A program made the translations under genes and the position numbers. The notes below the pieces were generated by a model that ran no database searches, was not told the DNA's origin, and saw nothing but the letters and a program-made list of their open reading frames with translations. A stretch of DNA of 47,505 nucleotides from Actinomycetota bacterium (GTDB lineage Bacteria > Actinomycetota > Acidimicrobiia > IMCC26256 > VFJJ01): positions 1 to 47,505 of the forward strand of contig VFJJ01000094.1 in NCBI GenBank assembly GCA_009886115.1. Reading direction: 5' to 3'. This document shows, piece by piece, positions 43,213 to 47,505 of the stretch (its first letter is position 1; each line of letters opens with the position of its first letter).

Positions 43213-44474
43213 TCAGGGGCGGAGCAACGGGTGGGGGACGCGGCGGCGGCGGCTCGTCGGGCGGACGTTCGGGCGGTGGACGGGCCGGCGGCTCGGGCGG
43301 CCGCTCAGGCGGCTCGGGCGGCTCGGGCGGCCGTTCGGGCGGCCGTTCGGGGGGCGGCGACAGCAGCGGTGGCGCCGGTGGAAGCGGCGGTGCGGGCGGC
43401 ACGAGCGGTCGGCGCAGCGGAGCCGGCGGATCCCCCCCGGGTCGAGGTCGTGGCGGCGGCTTCGGCGACGGTCGCTTCGCGACCGGTGAGTCACGTTCCT
43501 GGGGTCCTCCCGGCAGCAGTCGCAGCGGCAGCGGTCGTTCAGGCGGCGCGGCCGGCGGTGGCGGCGGTGGCGGCGGTGGCGGCAGTGGCGGCAGTGGCGG
43601 TCGATCGGCGGCCGGACGCACCGGCACGTCGCGTTCGGCGGCCGGCGACGCAGGAGGGCGAACCGGTTCGGGCCGTTCAGCCGGGGGCGCGGCACGAGGT
43701 GACGAGGTCGCATCGCGTCGACCGCGTTCGGTCGGTCCGCCCTCGATCGGCGGCGATCAGATCGAGGGCCGCCAAGCGGTACGCGAAGCCCTGCGCTCGA
43801 GGCGCCGCAAGCTCAAGGAGCTGTACGTCGCGACCAGCCTGGAGCCCACGCCTGCGCTCACCGAGATCCTCCGCCTGGCCGAGGACGCCAACATCTCGGT
43901 GCGGGTGGTCCCCAGGGACCGGCTCGAACGACTCGCTCGCACCGAGGTGCACCAGGGCGTCGTGCTGCGCGCCGAGGCGCTCCCGATGGCCGATGTCGAC
44001 GACCTGATCAACGCCGAGACGTCGTTCCTGCTGGCGCTCGACGGTGTCACCGATCCGCAGAATCTGGGAGCGATTCTGCGGTCGGCCGACGGTGCCGGCG
44101 TCACCGGCGTGCTGTTGCCCAAGCACCGTGCCGTGCACGTGACCCCCGCCGTGGCCAAGGCCTCGGCGGGGGCCGTCGAGTACGTGCCCATCGGCCTGAT
44201 CCCCGGCGTGGCTGCCGTCCTCGACAAGGCCCGCAAGGCCGGCATGTGGATCGTCGGCCTCGACAGCGCCGGTACGGTCGACGTCTTCAACGTCACCCCG
44301 GCCGGTCAGCGCATCATGCTCGTGCTCGGCGCCGAGGGCACGGGCCTGTCCCGTCTGGTCATCGAGCGCTGCGACGTGCTGGTGCGCATCCCCATGGCCG
44401 GCCGTCTCGAATCGCTGAACGTGTCGGCGGCAGCCGCGCTCGCCTGCTTCGAGATCGGGCGGCGTCGAAGCTGA
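43209..44474 (+). CDS. rlmB: 23S rRNA Gm2251 methyltransferase with long Gly/Arg/Ser N-terminal extension
   Basis: EGRQAVREAL, DPQNLGAILRS, GAEGTGL, ESLNVS; ATGA overlap with cysS. Confidence 0.9.
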   Translation: MIRGGATGGGRGGGGSSGGRSGGGRAGGSGGRSGGSGGSGGRSGGRSGGGDSSGGAGGSGGAGGTSGRRSGAGGSPPGRGRGGGFGDGRFATGESRSWGPPGSSRSGSGRSGGAAGGGGGGGGGGSGGSGGRSAAGRTGTSRSAAGDAGGRTGSGRSAGGAARGDEVASRRPRSVGPPSIGGDQIEGRQAVREALRSRRRKLKELYVATSLEPTPALTEILRLAEDANISVRVVPRDRLERLARTEVHQGVVLRAEALPMADVDDLINAETSFLLALDGVTDPQNLGAILRSADGAGVTGVLLPKHRAVHVTPAVAKASAGAVEYVPIGLIPGVAAVLDKARKAGMWIVGLDSAGTVDVFNVTPAGQRIMLVLGAEGTGLSRLVIERCDVLVRIPMAGRLESLNVSAAAALACFEIGRRRS

Positions 44475-44494
44475 CCAAGTGCGGATCGGCGCGC

Positions 44495-44866
44495 TTACGC
44501 CGGCATCGAGCCGAGGTCGTGGTTGGCGGCGTCGACGTCGCGGTGGAAGCGCTTGTGCACCCACATCGTCTCGGGCCCGATCGTCGTCTTGCCCCAGAGC
44601 CCCCTGACCGGGCTGAACGGCTCCCTGGGCAGCCGCCCGAGCAGGTCCTTGGGGGAGAACGGCTTGAACATCGAGGCCCGGCACACCACGACGGACCGGT
44701 CGGTCACCGCGACCAGCCGATACTTGGCCCCGAAGATCATGACCAGCCAGGTCACGAACGCCCAGTACGGGCTCGGTCCGGTCTGCGCAGCGAAGGCGTG
44801 GCGGATCTGCTCGCCCGGCTCGAGGTACGGCTGCATCCGTTCGGCGATCTTGTCCCTGGCGGCCAT
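44495..44866 (-). CDS. Small hypothetical protein (possible PH-like fold)
   Basis: AGAGGG RBS, GC3-biased codons, LEPGEQI...VAVTDRSVVV pattern. Confidence 0.7.
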   Translation of the reverse strand: MAARDKIAERMQPYLEPGEQIRHAFAAQTGPSPYWAFVTWLVMIFGAKYRLVAVTDRSVVVCRASMFKPFSPKDLLGRLPREPFSPVRGLWGKTTIGPETMWVHKRFHRDVDAANHDLGSMPA

Positions 44867-44983
44867 TGGTGACGTCCCTCTCAGCGTTCGGCGGTCAATA
44901 GCCGCTCAGGGTAGCTGCGCTGCTCGGGGCTCCTGTGCCACGGTCGGGCGCAGGGTCGGGCGCAGGGTCCGGCGCAGGGTCGG

Positions 44984-46354
44984 TCAGCCCGCGCTCCACA
45001 CCCAGAACCGGGTGGGAAACGCCGAGAACCCGACCGGGCGTCCACCCCAGGACGTCACGAACCTGGGACCGGCCGTGTCGGACAGCGTCCACGTTCGGCC
45101 ATCGGGCGACTCCCAGGCCAGCGGCTCCAGGCCCTCTTCGGTGAACCGGCCACCGATCGCGCCGATTGTCCCGTCGGGTCGTTGCACGAGCTCGAAGAGC
45201 CCACTCATCATCTCGGATGCCGCCTCGGGTTCGCCGGGAATGGTCAAGCGCTCCCAGACGACGAGATCGGGCGAGAGCCAAGCCGCAGGTTCGATCGACG
45301 GGGCGCCGGCAGCGTGCGCGTCGCCCACTGCGACGTAGCCATTCGGGACTGGCGACAGGTCGAGGACCGCACCGGGGTCGACACCGAGGATCGTGCGGCG
45401 CCACGACGATCCCGGCGACCAGACCCACACCGCTGGACGCTGAGTCGCCGATCCGTCGTCACCCCACTCGTTCACGATGCCGCCGACCACGAGCTGGTCA
45501 TCGACCCATCGCAGGACCGTCGGGGACCCGTCGACGAGAACACCGTCGGGGTCGTCCTGCCCGACCGGTTCCCATGACTCGAGATCCGGGCTCGACCAGG
45601 CTGTGATCGTCGCTCCCTTGGTGGTGTTCGGGTCATCGGTCTCGAGGACTGCCGTTGCCACCGTGCCGTCGTCGGCCACGGCGAGGAGCCCGAACTCGAA
45701 GATCGAGCCGGGCTCACCGACGGGGTGCATGGTCCAGTGTTCGAGATCGGTGGTCGATGCCACTGCGACTCTCGATCCCCCGTCGCCGTCATCGACTTCG
45801 ACCTTGCAACTCACGATCAGCTGGTCGCCACGCGCAATAATTCCCTGGTAACAGCGAGCCGGAGGGTCGACCGGGCCGACTCGCCAGCTCACACCGTCGT
45901 CGGTGACCCACACCCGTGACGTCCCGTCGCCGGCACCGTCCCGTTCGATCCCCAGCACGGCGAACCGGTCGCCCCACTGCGTCATCATCGTTAGGCCGAT
46001 GAAATCGACGTTCGCGAACGGATCGGGTGCCCCGGGCTCGACGGGCGACCATCCCGGGGGGCCCGACGGACCGGGCAGCACGGCGGCCGGTTCGACCGTG
46101 GCGATCTCGGGCCCGCCCGGACCGCCTCCTACCAGGACGGCGATCGTGGCCGCGATCACAACGACGGAAGTCGCAGTCGCGACGAGAGCGAGCCGCGGGC
46201 CGCGCAGCCACCCGCGATCCCGCGGGATCGGGAATCGGGCACTGCCCCTGACCGCACCCAGACCCTCGGCGGCGGGCATGGGAACCAGTTCGTGAGCCGT
46301 GCGGTCGGCGTAGTGCGCGCGGAGGCGGTCCTCCAGATCGGTCGGTGTCTTCAC
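44984..46354 (-). CDS. Putative anti-sigma membrane protein with extracytoplasmic Asp-box/BNR-like repeats
   Basis: DLEDRLR N-terminus, TM helix, repeats WVTDDGVSW, WSSPDLESW, WLSPDLVVW, WESPDGRTW; GTGA overlap with sigma. Confidence 0.75.
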   Translation of the reverse strand: MKTPTDLEDRLRAHYADRTAHELVPMPAAEGLGAVRGSARFPIPRDRGWLRGPRLALVATATSVVVIAATIAVLVGGGPGGPEIATVEPAAVLPGPSGPPGWSPVEPGAPDPFANVDFIGLTMMTQWGDRFAVLGIERDGAGDGTSRVWVTDDGVSWRVGPVDPPARCYQGIIARGDQLIVSCKVEVDDGDGGSRVAVASTTDLEHWTMHPVGEPGSIFEFGLLAVADDGTVATAVLETDDPNTTKGATITAWSSPDLESWEPVGQDDPDGVLVDGSPTVLRWVDDQLVVGGIVNEWGDDGSATQRPAVWVWSPGSSWRRTILGVDPGAVLDLSPVPNGYVAVGDAHAAGAPSIEPAAWLSPDLVVWERLTIPGEPEAASEMMSGLFELVQRPDGTIGAIGGRFTEEGLEPLAWESPDGRTWTLSDTAGPRFVTSWGGRPVGFSAFPTRFWVWSAG

Positions 46355-46836
46355 GGTCGCTCCTCCAACAGGTGCTCCAGGCGTCGCAGCGCCCGGTGCA
46401 GGCGGCTCTTCACGGTCCCGGGCGCGATGTCGAGCGCCACGGCGATCTGCTCGGTCGACCAGTCGAGGTGGAACCGCAGCACCACCACCGCCCGCTGGTC
46501 GAGCGGCAGCGTCTTCAGGGCCCGGGCGATCGCCGGATCGGCGAACGTCGGCTCGTGGCTGGCCCACTGCTCGCCGGCCCGCTCGGCCCGTCCTCGGCGC
46601 CGCTCGACGCCGAGCCGGCGCTGGCGGTTGCGGGCCCAGTTCATGGCCACCCGGTACACCCACCCGTCCGGGTTGGCCATCGCCGAGACTTCCGACCAGT
46701 GCTCGCACGCCCGCACCATCGCCTCGTCGACGGCCTCGTCAGCCAGGTCCCGATCGTCGACCGAGAAGCGCACGGCCTGCAGCACCTCCCCGAAAGCGCC
46801 GCGGTAGAACTCGTCGAACGTCACGGCCCGGGGCAT
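46351..46836 (-). CDS. ECF RNA polymerase sigma factor
   Basis: FDEFY, ADEAVDEA, GWVYRVAMN, LPLDQRAVVVLR, GTVKSRLHRA. Confidence 0.92.
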   Translation of the reverse strand: MPRAVTFDEFYRGAFGEVLQAVRFSVDDRDLADEAVDEAMVRACEHWSEVSAMANPDGWVYRVAMNWARNRQRRLGVERRRGRAERAGEQWASHEPTFADPAIARALKTLPLDQRAVVVLRFHLDWSTEQIAVALDIAPGTVKSRLHRALRRLEHLLEERP

Positions 46837-46910
46837 CGGGTGAACAGTGGCTTCCACAGCCGACAAACACCAACGGGACCCATCCGGTTCCCGGGTACGA
46901 TCACGGCTCC

Positions 46911-46983
46911 GCCGCGATAGCTCAGCTGGCAGAGCAGCTGTCTTGTAAACAGCAGGTCGTCGGTTCAAATCCGTCTCGCGGCT
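46911..46983 (+). tRNA. tRNA-Thr(TGT)
   Basis: GCCGCGATAGCTCAGCTGGCAGAGCAGCTGT-CTTGTAA-ACAGCAGGTCGTCGGTTCAAATCCGTCTCGCGGCT; CCA not encoded. Confidence 0.96.
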
Positions 46984-47014
46984 CTGAGTTATGGCTGGTC
47001 AGCGGCTCTTTTGG

Positions 47015-47251
47015 TCAGGCTCCGAGAGGCCTAACGGGGCCCTGATCCCGTTTTGCCCGCGTTTTGCCCGCGCGCGAATTCACGAGGGCTTCGTCGAGGC
47101 GGCTCGTGACGGCCTCGTCGAGCTCGGGGAAGAGATGCCCGTAGCGGTCCATCGTCACGGTGATCGACGAGTGCCCCCGGCGCTCCTTCACGACGAGCGG
47201 ACGAGCGTCCTCGGCCACGAGGAACGCCGCACAGGTATGTCTCAGGTCGTG
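47015..47251 (-). pseudogene. C-terminal fragment of a tyrosine recombinase (island integrase) convergent on the tRNA
   Basis: HDLRHT...KERRGHSSITVTMDRYGHLFP catalytic boxes; no integrase-like sequence upstream of HDLRH. Confidence 0.85.
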
Positions 47252-47505
47252 CTTATCCCGACATCGGGACAATCACGATCATGCCGACGTCCGCGTTATG
47301 CCGACGTCGGTGTGCGAGCCTTTGCGGGACAAGGTGATCGGGTTGTTGATGTCGGCATAACGCGAGCCGTCTCTGCCATCGTCTTCTTCCTCGTTCGGAG
47401 AGATGGAGGCAGGCATGGCATGGTCGACCAGCAGGGTCAGCAGGGTCGTGATCACGGGGCCGTTGGGCCCGTTCGCTGATGCGTACCGCGAGAAGCTGGA
47501 GGAGC
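47252..47505 (+). mobile_element. Left end of a probable RIT (recombinase-in-trio)-like element
   Basis: Motifs TTATCCCGACATC, TCATGCCGACGTC, TTATGCCGACGTC and inverted GATGTCGGCATAA, followed by an ORF start at 47415. Confidence 0.65.
47415..47505 (+). CDS. 5' end of a probable tyrosine recombinase (first RIT gene), runs off the window
   Basis: GGAGG RBS; MAWSTSRVSRVVITGPLGPFADAYREKLEE resembles the RV-x-GPL-x-P-F/Y N-terminus I recall from actinobacterial RIT integrases; only 30 codons visible. Confidence 0.6.
   Translation, partial: MAWSTSRVSRVVITGPLGPFADAYREKLEE

Noticed and set aside
46837..46968. N-terminal extension of the ECF sigma ORF to 46968
   Set aside because: It is the antisense read of the tRNA gene; the ATG at 46836 fits the sigma domain

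Overview
High-GC actinobacterial chromosome segment, most likely Acidimicrobiia judging by protein styles, bounded by two outward-facing tRNA-Thr genes (CGT at 3-78 minus; TGT at 46911-46983 plus). Most of it is the conserved actinobacterial backbone: zincin-tilS-hpt-ftsH-folE-folP-folB-folK-DUF2520-panC-nadB-nadC-coaX-lysS...clpC...radA-disA, crp, carD-ispD-ispF-cysS-rlmB. Accessory genes include a modB-modC-padR-modA cluster, lipid-metabolism genes, a membrane-anchored ECF sigma fusion, an antisense pyk, a GIDE-LemA-like fusion, two ATP-grasp paralogues and an ECF/anti-sigma pair. Best leads: (1) a shared palindrome TRGTCA-N5-TGACTA upstream of both modB and modA, suggesting PadR-type control of molybdate uptake; (2) at the right edge, a tRNA-Thr-adjacent integrase cut exactly at its HxLRH box by a probable RIT-like element with four TTATGCCGACRTC-type motifs; (3) a phosphatase-fold protein lacking CX5R, translationally coupled to folP; (4) pyk apparently starting at CTG. 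All product calls come from motif recognition by eye; no database searches were run.
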